A DNA stretch of 64,000 nt from Eledone cirrhosa (GCA_964016885.1 OZ024740.1:134416001-134480000); one strand, 5' to 3'; counted from the first letter of the stretch, positions 49,732 to 60,964 are shown. Notes: generated by a model from the letters alone, not told the origin. Translations and numbers: made by a program.

Positions 49732-52700
49732 ATGGCCATAAGAGTAGGAAGTTTAAATGTTCGTGGCCTGGGGTCGCCCTGGAAGCAAGGTCACTTGCTC
49801 AACGACCTCAGGTCACTAGGAATGGATGTAATTGCCATCAGCGAGACCAGAATTTCCGACACACGCGCACTGGCGCCGATTTTCGACGATTATCAGATCT
49901 TTGCATCTGTTAGTCGGCCGGGAATGGGAGGTGGAGTGGCTGTGCTGTTTAGGAAATGTCTGGATCTCGAGGTAAGGTCAATCTTCCGGGATCCTGACGG
50001 AAAGTTGGTGGTCCTGGACGTGAGCAATAGCGAAGGTGGTGCCTTTAGACTGGTGGCCGTCTACGCCCCTACTGGGGCCGGTCGGCCGGACTTCTTTAGG
50101 CGCCTGGAAAACTTTCTGCTTACGTCTCGCCCTTTACTGTTAATAGGGGATTGGAATGGCATCTTAGAAGCACGCTGGGATTGTGTGGGAGTATCTGATA
50201 GGAGCGGGGGGTGCAAAAGCCTCAAGTACCTGATCAGCCAGTTTCAACTGTCTGACAGGTACCGACTAGATTTCCCTAATGCGCCAGTATGGACCTGGAC
50301 CAATCGCATAGGGTCATCTAGATCGTACATAGATAGGATTTTCATTAGGAAAAGAGATAGAAATAGTGTAGGATGTCCACATTTTAAAACGGTTGCCTAT
50401 TCAGATCACAAGCTTGTGATCTGTATGGTCGACCTAGATAAGACACGTAGGTTAGGACCTAGCTACTGGAAGCTAAACATGTCGTTTCCGGCACGTAAAG
50501 CTTACAGGGACCGGGTCAACAACTTAGTTAAGCAAAAGTTGACAGGGGGGGTTGTCAACAACAGGTGGTGGGGGGCACTCAAAAGAGAGATTAGAGCAAC
50601 CTCGATAGGATTTAGCAAAGAAGTAGCAATAGAGAAAAATAGAAAGGAGGAGGGGCTGATAGCTAAGTTAGACGAGGCTATTTGTAGTGGCATTGCAACA
50701 GACGTGCTAGCGGCGAGAATGGCACTAGACCATTTCTTCAATGCGAAACACGAAGGTTGCATTGTCAGAGCTAAGGCGCGTGCTCTGAGGAACGAGGGAA
50801 CCAAAGCTGCCCGATGGGCTCGCTTTGCAGAGACGCAGCGTGGAAATAAAACCACAATTCGGTCTTTGACGGATCGAGATGGACACGAACTGAGCGATTC
50901 CAAGCAGATGTGTGAGGCCTTTCGCCAGCACTTTGCTCGATTGTTCGGGAGGATGGGTGAGTCGGAGACGGCGGCGGACTTCAGTCCCTACCTCGACGGC
51001 TTGCCACGCCTCTCGACGGCCGACGCTGAGCGCTGCGAAGAGCCGATAACATCAGCCGAAATTCAGGACGCCCTTGTCGGCTGCTCGAGTCGCAAGTCAC
51101 CCGGTTTGGATGGTCTGCCCTACGAGCTTTACGTAAATATGCCAGACTTGTTCTCCGATCTCCTCGAAGCGCTCTACTGCAACTGGCAGCAGAACGGGAG
51201 CATTCCCAGTTCTGTGAGCCGTGGCGTTGTGACGCTGATAAGGAAAGACGAGAACAAGAGGGACACACTAGATAATTTCAGGCCCATAACCCTGCTCAAC
51301 ACAGAGTTTAAGATTTTGGCCAAGGTGTTAGCGAAAAGGTTGGCGCTTGTCGTCAAAGATTTGGTTGGGGAGGCGCAAACTTGCGCAATCCCGACCAGGT
51401 CCATACACGACAACCTCCACCTCATGCGATACATCATAGAGAGGGTTGGGTGCAAACCTGGCTTCGGTGGGGCTCTGATCAATTTAGATCAATCGAAAGC
51501 ATTCGATAGGGTCGACCATCGGTACTTGGAGGCTGTCCTCGAGGCGGCTGGCTTCGGCCCCGTCTTCAGAAGCTGGATCGCTGCAATGTACAGCGGCATC
51601 CGCTCGGTGGTCAAAGTTAATGGCCACCTCTCGGAACCGTTTCAGATCTCTCGATCGGTCCGTCAAGGGTGCCCTCTCTCCTCACTTCTGTACGTATTGA
51701 CTCTTGAGCCTCTACTGCGGAAGCTGGAGTTGTTGCAGGGCATCCCGCTCGAACCGGGACGCAGAAAGGCTGCGTCCGCTTATGCGGACGACATCACCGT
51801 GATGGTGTCGGACACCTCGGAAATCGAGGTGATCCGCACCCATTTGGAGGAATATGAAAGGTTGACGGGAGCAAAACTTAACCCGGAAAAGTCGGTGGGC
51901 TTGCAGCTCGGCACCTGGAGAGGCAAGTCCATGCCGTCCAACAGCGTCGTTGGGCGCTGGACAGACGGACCGGTAAAGTTGCTCGGGGTTTGGTTCGGAC
52001 CAGACCTCCAGGTGGATAAGAATTGGGACGAGGTGACGAGCAGGATAGCCAACCTCACCCAGAAATGGGCTGAGAGAAAGCTATCACTGAAAGGGCGGGC
52101 GGAGGTGGCGAACGCGTACATCGCGTCCGTCATCTACTACCGCCTGACCGTCGTGCCTTGCCCCCGTCCACGCCTCGCCAATTTGGAACGGCTCCTTTTC
52201 AAATTTTTGTGGAGGGGACGGGTCCCGTTGGTGAGGCGGTCCATCTGCTGCCAGCACCCTCTTCGTGGAGGGCTGGGCATGCCGTGGCTAATGATGCGCA
52301 GACATGCGCTGAGGCTGCGACATCTCCAGATATTTTGCCTAAACGGTGAACAGGTGTGGTCGCCGTTTGTTAGACGGGCCTTTCCGCAGCTCATCTCTTT
52401 GACTGAGCTGCAGTCCTGGGTCAAGAAGAGACCGAGACTGGGCGACTGGCATCTGGAATGTTGCCAGGCGCTCACTGCACTCTGCAAGGTGGGCAATGCG
52501 GTCAGTGGAACTTCCACTCAAGATTTCTATAGAGGATTAGTGGAGGGCAAGTGCGATGACGTACTAGGAGAGGCTCTGGGCGTCAACGAAGTAGAACTGA
52601 CCAGTATGTTCCGGAGGACTTTCGAGCCGGGGACGATGGATAACTTCCAGAAATCCCTCGCTTGGCAGTGCTACCGGGGGGCGCTGCCGGTTCGGGATAA

Positions 52701-53151
52701 ACTCTACAGGCACGGAAGTGCTGTCAGACGAACCTGCCCGAGATGCGCGCAGAGCGACGAAACCGTTCTGCACGCACTCGTCCAGTGTCCGTGCATTGCT
52801 GACTTGTGGGGTTATGTCGAACAGCTATTGTCGCGTGTAGAACGGATCCGGCTATCGTCCGAGTCCATAGTGAAGATTGACCCGCCGCCTTCTTTTGGTC
52901 AGGAAGGGCAGGCAATTTTCCTCTGCCTGGTGGCAGTAGCGAAAGAGGTTGCATGGTGGACCAGGTTGAAAGGACTGAAGACAGACACTTTTCTCTTCGG
53001 CCAATCCCTCATCAACTTCTTCAAGTTTCACTTGGAAAGGAAGGTGAGGGTGGAGAGAGAAGTGCTGCCCCCCAGTACATTTACTGAAAGGTGGGTGAAT
53101 GTGGCGAGAATGGCCCGCGTGAGTGGGCCTACTCTGATCATGCGCCTGTAG
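49732..53151 (+). CDS. Tx1 ORF2p (APE-RT-ZnF), 1139 aa
   Basis: SLNVRGL, GDWN, SDH, QSKAFDRVDH, VRQGCPLS, YADD, CPRC..HALVQCP. Confidence 0.97.
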   Translation: MAIRVGSLNVRGLGSPWKQGHLLNDLRSLGMDVIAISETRISDTRALAPIFDDYQIFASVSRPGMGGGVAVLFRKCLDLEVRSIFRDPDGKLVVLDVSNSEGGAFRLVAVYAPTGAGRPDFFRRLENFLLTSRPLLLIGDWNGILEARWDCVGVSDRSGGCKSLKYLISQFQLSDRYRLDFPNAPVWTWTNRIGSSRSYIDRIFIRKRDRNSVGCPHFKTVAYSDHKLVICMVDLDKTRRLGPSYWKLNMSFPARKAYRDRVNNLVKQKLTGGVVNNRWWGALKREIRATSIGFSKEVAIEKNRKEEGLIAKLDEAICSGIATDVLAARMALDHFFNAKHEGCIVRAKARALRNEGTKAARWARFAETQRGNKTTIRSLTDRDGHELSDSKQMCEAFRQHFARLFGRMGESETAADFSPYLDGLPRLSTADAERCEEPITSAEIQDALVGCSSRKSPGLDGLPYELYVNMPDLFSDLLEALYCNWQQNGSIPSSVSRGVVTLIRKDENKRDTLDNFRPITLLNTEFKILAKVLAKRLALVVKDLVGEAQTCAIPTRSIHDNLHLMRYIIERVGCKPGFGGALINLDQSKAFDRVDHRYLEAVLEAAGFGPVFRSWIAAMYSGIRSVVKVNGHLSEPFQISRSVRQGCPLSSLLYVLTLEPLLRKLELLQGIPLEPGRRKAASAYADDITVMVSDTSEIEVIRTHLEEYERLTGAKLNPEKSVGLQLGTWRGKSMPSNSVVGRWTDGPVKLLGVWFGPDLQVDKNWDEVTSRIANLTQKWAERKLSLKGRAEVANAYIASVIYYRLTVVPCPRPRLANLERLLFKFLWRGRVPLVRRSICCQHPLRGGLGMPWLMMRRHALRLRHLQIFCLNGEQVWSPFVRRAFPQLISLTELQSWVKKRPRLGDWHLECCQALTALCKVGNAVSGTSTQDFYRGLVEGKCDDVLGEALGVNEVELTSMFRRTFEPGTMDNFQKSLAWQCYRGALPVRDKLYRHGSAVRRTCPRCAQSDETVLHALVQCPCIADLWGYVEQLLSRVERIRLSSESIVKIDPPPSFGQEGQAIFLCLVAVAKEVAWWTRLKGLKTDTFLFGQSLINFFKFHLERKVRVEREVLPPSTFTERWVNVARMARVSGPTLIMRL

Positions 53152-53426
53152 GCTGGTGAATTCGAGAAGGAGAGGGGTGCCCTTCCCGGGTGCCCTAGGA
53201 GCGTCGGGTGGCTCAGGACTGGTGGGGTGCTTGAGTCAACCCTGGGTGGTGATCCCTCTTATTGGGGAACTTTCATTGTTGTATTTTTATTGTTATTTTG
53301 TTTTTTTTGTTATTTATACTTACTCGATCTCTATGTAAACCCCCACTGTCCCTGTCTATTGTGTTGTCCCCTATATGTCGGCCCTTGTGGCCAATAAATG
53401 AAATCATTATTATTATTATTATTATT

Positions 53427-53617
53427 TGGATTGGTAGTATCGGTAGAGGGTCGGACGCCATGCTTTGCAGTGAAGAGTTGAGGCCCTTTATGGGCTGAGT
53501 TCAAATCCCACCAAGGTTAACTTTGCCTTTCATCCTTATGGGGTCGATAAAATAAAGTACCAGTAATATACTTGGATAATTCCTGGCCTTGTCCCAAAAG
53601 TAGAAACAATTATTATT
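53427..53617 (+). mobile_element. tRNA-type SINE with (ATT)n tail
   Basis: A-box-like TGGATTGG, B-box GAGTTCAAATCC, body GTTAACTTTGCCTTTCATCC..GGGGTCGATAAA; related copies at 20540, 57655, 62523. Confidence 0.85.
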
Positions 53618-53830
53618 CTCCTTCTTTTTCTTCTTCGTTTTCTTCTTTATCCACTTACTCCTGAGAGGTTCGTGGGGGCAGAGACCTCAAACACTTCTTC
53701 CGGTGGGTTCTGTCAGAAGCAACAGTCTCCAACTTAAATATTTTTCCTTCATCTTTAATTTTTAAATTTTTTATTGTTATGAGTGGATTTGTGGTAGTAA
53801 AGACGATCAACTACATTGAAATAATTGGGG

Positions 53831-54272
53831 TTACTACTACGACTACAACTACTACTACTGCTACTACTACTGCTACTGATGCTTCTATTACTACTACTAC
53901 TACTACTACTACTAATACTACTACTACTGCTACTACTACTACTACTGCTGCTATTACTACTACTACAACTACCGATACTTCTATGGCTGCTACAACTACT
54001 ACTACTACTGATGCTTCTATTACTGCTGCTATTACTACTACTACAACTACCGATACTTCTATGACTACTACTACAACTACCGATACATCTATTACTGCTA
54101 CTACTACTACTGATGTTTCTATTACTGCTGCTATTACTACTACTACAACTACCGATACTTCTATGACTGCTACTACTACTACTACTACTGCCGATACTTC
54201 TATTAATGCTACTACTACTACTACTGGTGCTTCTACCGCAACTACTACTTCTACTGATATTACTACCACTTC
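53831..54272. repeat. Degenerate (ACT)n repeat with higher-order units
   Basis: ACT/GCT triplets with recurring ACTACAACTACCGATACTTCTATG. Confidence 0.9.
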
Positions 54273-54518
54273 ACCATCCTAATAAGACATTCCATTAAAC
54301 TTGAAAAGTTAAATAATCGTATTATTCTAGAATACCGGACAGTTTTGTCACCAAAACCCAAACCAGCAGCGGGGCTTTGAAGCACAATGACATTAATCCC
54401 ATAAAATCAATCAATTGTGGTGAAAAAAAAACCTTGCTGTGAAAATGTATTCTTCTAAAACAAAATTTCTGACCGATCATTGAACTAATCCTGACTTCTA
54501 GGTCAAATTAACATTTCC

Positions 54519-55060
54519 TTGTTCACGCTGCGCGGTGCACCTTATCCACCTCACCCCACGCAGATCATCTCGGTGAACTCGACGCCACCATCCGACGGTG
54601 TACAGAATTCATCTGGAATGTCAGTTTCGACAGCGCCAGCTGGCAACAAGCGAAGCTCCCAGCGAGGTTCCGTGGCCTCAGACTCCGATCGGCTTCGGAT
54701 CTGGCACTTCCGACCTACCTTTCCTCAATCTCCTCCAGTTGCACTCGCGTCGGCGAGGTCCTCAGCAAGACGGCCGAACCTGACGTAGCCCCTGAGCTCA
54801 AACAGGGTCTGGCCGGTTGGACAGGCGAAGGCCTCTCTGTCTCCCAGTATACAAATTTCCAATGTAACTGGGACGACATCAAATGCAGGTCTTCCTTCAG
54901 GCGGATCGAGTCTGGCTTTGACCAACACCACCTCCCCTGCCTCCAATCCGCTTCACAGTCGAGCAGCGGTGAGTGGCTCAATTCGGTGCCCTCCTCATCA
55001 ATCGGTACCCTTCATGATGACGAGTGCACTCGCATCGGAGTGGCTCAACGCCTTAGCCTT
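54519..55060 (+). mobile_element. Fragment of a CRE-clade non-LTR retrotransposon
   Basis: Translates to WQQAKLPARFRGLRLRSASDLALPTYLSS and SGEWLNSVPSSSIGTLHDDECTRIGVAQRL, resembling CRE post-RT motifs. Confidence 0.7.
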
Positions 55061-55500
55061 TTATTATTTTTAATCCGGCACTTATCCTTATCAATTTAAA
55101 TCCGGCACTGAACCTGATTATTTTTAATCCGGCACTGTTCATTAGTGTTTTTATCCGGTACTTAAATTTACTATTTTTAATCCGGTATTTATCCTTATTA
55201 AATTTAATCCGGTACTCACTCTTATTTTTAATCCGGCAACTATCATTTGTGTTTTTAATCTAGCCCTCAAACTTATTATTTTTAATCCGGCATTGAATCT
55301 TATTATTTTTAATCCGGCACTGACACTTATTTTTTTTAAATTCAGCATTAACCCTTATTAATTTTAATCCGGCACTTATCCATACCAATTTTAATCCGGA
55401 ACTTAAAGTTATTATTTTTAATCCGGCATTGCTCATTTGTGTTTTTAATCTGGCTCTCAAACTTTTTATTTTTAATCCGGCACCGATCCTTATTATTTTT
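55061..55500. repeat. ~30 bp minisatellite with core TTTTAATCCGGCA
   Basis: About 15 copies at ~30 bp spacing. Confidence 0.92.
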
Positions 55501-55960
55501 AGTGTCCTACCCAAGCTCCGCAATGCCGTATTACTGCACCCTGGCTTCAAAGTGCCATATTTACCACACTATCTCCCCATTGACATGGGGCTCATCCTAG
55601 CCACCCTAGCTCCATATTTCCATACTGTGTCACTGAAGCTCACCATTTCCATAGTGTTCCACCCTAGCTCCGCAGTGCCATAGTGCGGTACCCTAGCTCC
55701 GAAGTGCCTTATTTTGTCACCTTATTGCCATACTGCGACATCCTAACCATCCAGTTCCATAATGTGCGACCCTAGCTCCGCAGTGCCATAATGCGGCACC
55801 TTAGCTTCAAAGTGCCTTATTTTTCCACCCTATTTCACTATTGCTATAGTGCGTCACCCTAGCTCCATATGTCCATATGGTGTCACTCAAGCTTCCCAGT
55901 GCCATAGTGCGGCACCCTATCTTCAAAATGGTGTATTTTACCACCCTATCTCCCTATCTA
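55501..55960. repeat. Degenerate minisatellite (CACCCTAGCTC..AGTGCCATA)
   Basis: Recurring ACCCTAGCTCC and GTGCCATAGTGCG motifs. Confidence 0.75.
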
Positions 55961-56145
55961 CAAATATATATTCACACAGAGCTTTGTGCAAAAGTTGAAA
56001 CGCCGGTTTTGGGGGGCTTTTTTTTTTTTCGTCGTAGAATTTTCACCATCCCCCTTCCTTCGTTTTAATTCATTCATCTCTTGATCGGACTGACACACGA
56101 ACGGACACGATTCGACTTATATATATATGTGTGTGTGTGTGTATA

Positions 56146-56199
<54 letters not shown>

Positions 56200-56200
<1 letters not shown>

Positions 56201-56268
56201 GTGCCAGCAAGGAGTCGAACCCCGCATCTCCCGGTGCCTAGCGAGTGTTAGCCATTATGGTAAAGAGT
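56200..56268 (-). other. tRNA-like SINE head fragment
   Basis: Minus strand has GGAGATGCGGGTTCGACTCC (B-box/T-arm); no full cloverleaf. Confidence 0.45.
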
Positions 56269-57107
56269 ATCTTGCCATTAGTGACTTAGTGTTTAGGGTG
56301 TTCGTCGCACAATCGGATGGTCATGAGTTCTATTTCCAATACTTTATTTCACATTACTCCAGTTCATTCAACTGACAAAAATGTGTTGTACCTGTAATCC
56401 AAGGGGCCCTCCTTGTCATATACTGTGTCACACTGAATCTCCCTGAGAATAATGCTATAAGTGCATTTATCTGTGGAATGATCAGCCATTTGTACTTTAA
56501 TTTCATGATCAGGCTGTTCCGTTGTTCAAACATCTGAAACATTCACTGTGAGAGATGATGGAGGTTCAGCAACAGCTAGAGTGTAAATAGCCGGTTGACT
56601 TAAGAAGCATTGTCCTTAAACAGTAAAAACGATAGCAACAACTCATTGTATATTATTTTTATATGTTATCAAAAACACGTCTTATCTGAGTTAGAAACTA
56701 AATTCGGGGTATTGTATCTCTTGAGTTTTGGAGGAGCACAAGACAAAGCATTAGCTATTATACTGTTGTTACTACTACACAAACGGACGATAAAATAAAT
56801 GCAAATGTAAGTAAGGCAAGTTGCTCATGGGTGTTACCAGTTTCGATACTTCGTAGTGGTGATTGCATTACACTTCCACACAATCTATATTCGTTTCATT
56901 TCATTTCATTTCATTTCCTTTGTCAATTTCCATTTCATTTAACAAATATACCCCTGAGAAATACGAAAATAACACATAGTTATACATAAATGTTTGATAT
57001 TATGCTTATGGAAGAAATCAATTCTGTAAAACATCAGCTGCCTATGAAATAAATACCATATAATATTATGAAGATTATATTATGTGTATATATTTATGTA
57101 TAGTGAA

Positions 57108-57222
57108 GGCGTGTGGCTGAGTGGTTAGAGAACTGGATTCGCAATCGTGAGGTTGTGAGTTCGATTCCTGGACCGGGCGATGCGTTATGTCCTTGAGCAA
57201 GACACTTTATTTCACGTTGCTC
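57108..57222 (+). mobile_element. 5' part of a second tRNA-derived SINE family
   Basis: TGGCTGAGTGG A-box, GTTCGATTCC B-box, then TGTCCTTGAGCAAGACACTT. Confidence 0.8.
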
Positions 57223-57654
57223 CTTCTACCTGGAGTTGCGACCGATAGATAGTATTAGCAATTGGAAAGACCAATGGAAACACTGTTTCCTCGGTCCGAT
57301 TTAACGAAAGTCGATCGTTAGGAATATATTTATGTATGCGTGTTTGTGTGTGCGTGAATGAATTAATAATCTCCTTATAATATATAACCAGCAATTTCTC
57401 TGTCTGTCTGTCCGACAGTGGAAACACGTGCGCGCGTGGTTGCTATCTCTCTCTCTCTCTCCAGTTTCCTCTCTTTTAGTCTGTCTGTTTCTCTCACTCT
57501 TTCTCTTTGTAACACACTAACATTCCTCCCCTCTATCGCTGTGACGAATGGGGAGATGGGGGAGGAGGAGGAGGATGAGGAGAGAGTCACTTCGTCACTT
57601 CACCTCTGCCTTTCTTTCTCTCCCCTCTCACTCCCTCATTACGTACAGACATTA

Positions 57655-57849
57655 GGGTGGTGGATTGGCAGAATCTGTAGAGAGTCGGACACTATGCTTC
57701 ATAGCATGGAGTTACGTCCCTTTACGGTCTGAGTTCAAATACCGCCGAGGTTAACTTTGCCTTTCATCCTCACGGGGTCGATACAATAAAGTACCAGTAA
57801 TGTACTGGGTAATTGCTGGCCTTGTGCCAAAAGTAGAAACAATTATTAT
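57655..57849 (+). mobile_element. Full-length tRNA-type SINE with (ATT) tail
   Basis: Colinear with 53427-53617. Confidence 0.85.
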
Positions 57850-57964
57850 AAACATTGCTTCATTTTTACATATCTAAGCATTAGTAAAATAACTAATAAT
57901 TTCAAAAGTAATTTTTCAATTCCAATTGTTATGAACAGCAAAACATTAATAATAATTTTGTTCT

Positions 57965-58275
57965 AAGAAATATATATACATTTCTGTGTGTGTAATATAT
58001 ATATATACACACAGAAATATATATACATTTCTGTGTGTGTAATATATATATATACACACAGAAATATATATACATTTCTGTGTGTTTAATATATATATAT
58101 ATACACACACAGAAATATATATATATACACACAGAAATATATATACATTTCTGTGTGTGTAATATATATATATATATACACACAGAAATATATATACATT
58201 TCTGTGTGTAATATATATATATATATACACACACACAGAAATATATATACATTTCTGTGTGTATAATATATATAT
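57965..58275. repeat. Palindromic minisatellite
   Basis: Repeated ACACAGAAATATATATACATTTCTGTGT units separated by (TA)n. Confidence 0.9.
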
Positions 58276-58334
58276 AGACTAGAACTGTTTCATTCTTGAG
58301 AAATCACCAGGAATATATATATATATATATGTAT

Positions 58335-59304
58335 ATATGAAAGACGTAAATAAGAAAGTTATGAAAATTGACTTACTTACTAAAATTTCACTCCAACTAA
58401 TTAGTTTCTGTAAGGGGATAAATATGGTTACGCAGTGTATCCATAGAGAAGCCTTACGTCATCAGGTAGTCTATTCTCAGCTAAGCTTCCAGGCAATGCG
58501 GGGACACTGGGAACTTATATAAAAATAATTCAGTGGATGGAAAAAAGCGAGCGGGGGCTAGATTCCAAGACACTGAAAAATTCACTGCCTACTTGGTCAA
58601 GTGGCAAATTCAAAAGAATCTATCACGTGACACCGAGGTTAATCAGCGAGGAGTGGAGGTGCTATTAAGACAGAGCCTAGCCACTACTATTAATCACAGT
58701 AGTAATTTCGGCAAGTTTTGCTCAACAAATAATTTGGAGATAATTATAAAGAATTAGTATATCTACCAACATATGTATACAGATGCATACCTATGTTAGC
58801 AAATATATATGTTTTGTCTTAGTAACTTTGTGGTTATATGCAAGGGGATGCAGAACAATTATATGAAAGACGTAAATAAGAAAGTTATGAAAATTGACTT
58901 ACTTACTAAAATTTCACTCCAACTAATTAGTTTCTGTAAGGGGATAAATGTGGTTACGGAGTGTATCCATAGAGAAGCCTTACGTCATCAGGGAGTCTAT
59001 TCTCAGCTAAGCTTCCAGGCAATGCGGGGACACTGGGAACTTATATAAAAATAATTCAGTGGATGGAAAAAAGCGAGCGGGGGCTAGATTCCAAGACACT
59101 GAAAAATTCACTGCCTACTTGGTCAAGTGGCAAATTCAAAAGAATCTATCACGTGACACCGAGGTTAATCAGCGAGGAGTGAGGGTGCTATTAAGACAGA
59201 GCCTAGTCGCTACTATTAATCACAGTAGTAATTTCGGCAAGTTTTGCTCAACAAATAATTTGGAGATAATTATAAAGAATTAGTATATCTACCAACATAT
59301 GTAT
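58335..59304. repeat. Tandem duplication, period 526 bp
   Basis: ATATGAAAGACGTAAATAAG starts at 58335 and 58861; ~445 bp near-identical. Confidence 0.92.
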
Positions 59305-59386
59305 ATATACATATTGGTTAGTTTCAGAAGATCCCGTTAAGGGTGAAAGCAGCGATTCTTTGCTTAAACTTTAATCTTTTATTTTA

Positions 59387-59432
<46 letters not shown>

Positions 59433-60943
59433 GAAGAAATATTTATACTATTCTACACACATATAATATATATGTTATGTCGTCGACCACTGATTCCAAC
59501 AACCAGCGTTCTAGGCCAGCACGTGACACCTGCGTTCCCAGCCATGGCACGCGCGACCTTGGAGTAGTTACCATGGAGATCTAGCCAGACACAGCCGAGT
59601 TCTTTGAATTTACAGACAACTTTAAGACTGGCTTTTGGTGTTTTAACCAACTCACTGGGGCTGAGCATATAATATATATATATATGAGTGTGTGTGTTAT
59701 ATGTGTGTGTATGCGTGTGTGTGTGTGTGTTATATGTGTGTGTATGCGTGTGTGTGTGTGTATTATATGTGTGTGTTACATGTTTGTGTGTGTATGTGTG
59801 TGTGTTTGTGTGTGTGTATGTGTGTGCGTGTGTGTGTTATATATGTGTGTGTGTGTTATAGGTGTGTGTGTATGTGTGTGCGTGTGTTTTATATATGGGT
59901 GTGTCTTATATGTGTGTGTGTGTGTGTATATAATATATATATATATATAATATATATAATAGAATAATCGAGTATCGGAAAATCAGCTCACGAATTTACG
60001 ATAAACAAATCCGACATGAGTGGCAGAGGGCTCAATAATTCAGATAAATCAGAGCTATAACTATCGTTAAAATACCAACACACAAAGATTATGCCTAAAA
60101 TCACCCATGCAGCCGAAAAAGAACGACCAGGAAGATTCGGGTCACTCAAATAAAATATCAATAAATCAATAATTTATATGAATGTAAAAAACTTACCCGG
60201 ACCCACTAGAAAGGTGGTAAATCTAGCTTCTTGGGTTTCTGCCATTCCTTAATCCGCTCCCTATCAGCCCACATAAAAATATATAAGACTTCTAGGGAGC
60301 GAATGGACCGGAACAACTTTATCAACGGGCTATGTCCAACGGATAAAGAAGTTATCTTTGGCTAGAACGCACATGGAGTCCAGCAAGGGAGACAACCTCT
60401 ATATTCGCGAAAAATTATCGGTAATGTGGAAAACATAAATAATATATATATATATATAATATATATATATTATATATGTATATTATGTGTGTCTCTCTAT
60501 ATATATACATATATATAGGTTTAAGTGTTATTGTGCGTGTGTATGTGTGTGTTAGCGTGTGTGCATATGTGCGTATGTATGAGTGTGTGTATGGTATGTG
60601 TGTGTTAGCGTATGTGTCTGTATGCGTGTGTGTCTGTCTGTGCGTGTGTCTGTGTGTGCGTGTGTCTGTGTGTATCTGTGTAAGTGTTTGTGTGTGTGTG
60701 TGTACAGGAATTCATAAGTTTCCTCAAATGTGTCTGTATGCTTAATTTTTATTAAAAATTATAAACTGGTTCTTCCTGTCAGAGATAATAATCTGATTTG
60801 AGAATAATGCATCTCAAAATATGAACATGGGTGTATATATATATGTATGTGTGTGTGTGTCTGTGTTTGTGTTTGTGTGTTTGTGTGTGTGTTAAATATA
60901 TATCGACTAGCAGAAAACCTCCCACCGGGTGGTTTTCTGCTAG

Positions 60944-60964
60944 TCTATATATATAAAACTGAGG

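Larger units (their letters stand above)
47583..53426 (+). mobile_element. Intact full-length Tx1-clade LINE, family B
   Basis: 5'UTR and ORF1 differ from family A, ORF2 is homologous; (ATT)n at both ends. Confidence 0.95.

Noticed and set aside
35787-52954. Antisense and alternate-frame ORFs within the Tx1 elements
   Set aside because: By-products of compositional bias and GC-rich coding sequence; they recur only because the elements are copies.
53779-54282. Thr-rich mucin-like ORF (167 aa)
   Set aside because: Explained by a degenerate (ACT)n repeat that is open in several frames; no signal peptide or supported splice context.
55061-55500. CRISPR-like regular repeats
   Set aside because: Spacers are related to each other, the period is ~30 bp, the context is eukaryotic and there are no cas genes; this is a minisatellite.
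57108-57180. Functional tRNA gene
   Set aside because: No paired acceptor stem, and it continues into a SINE body.
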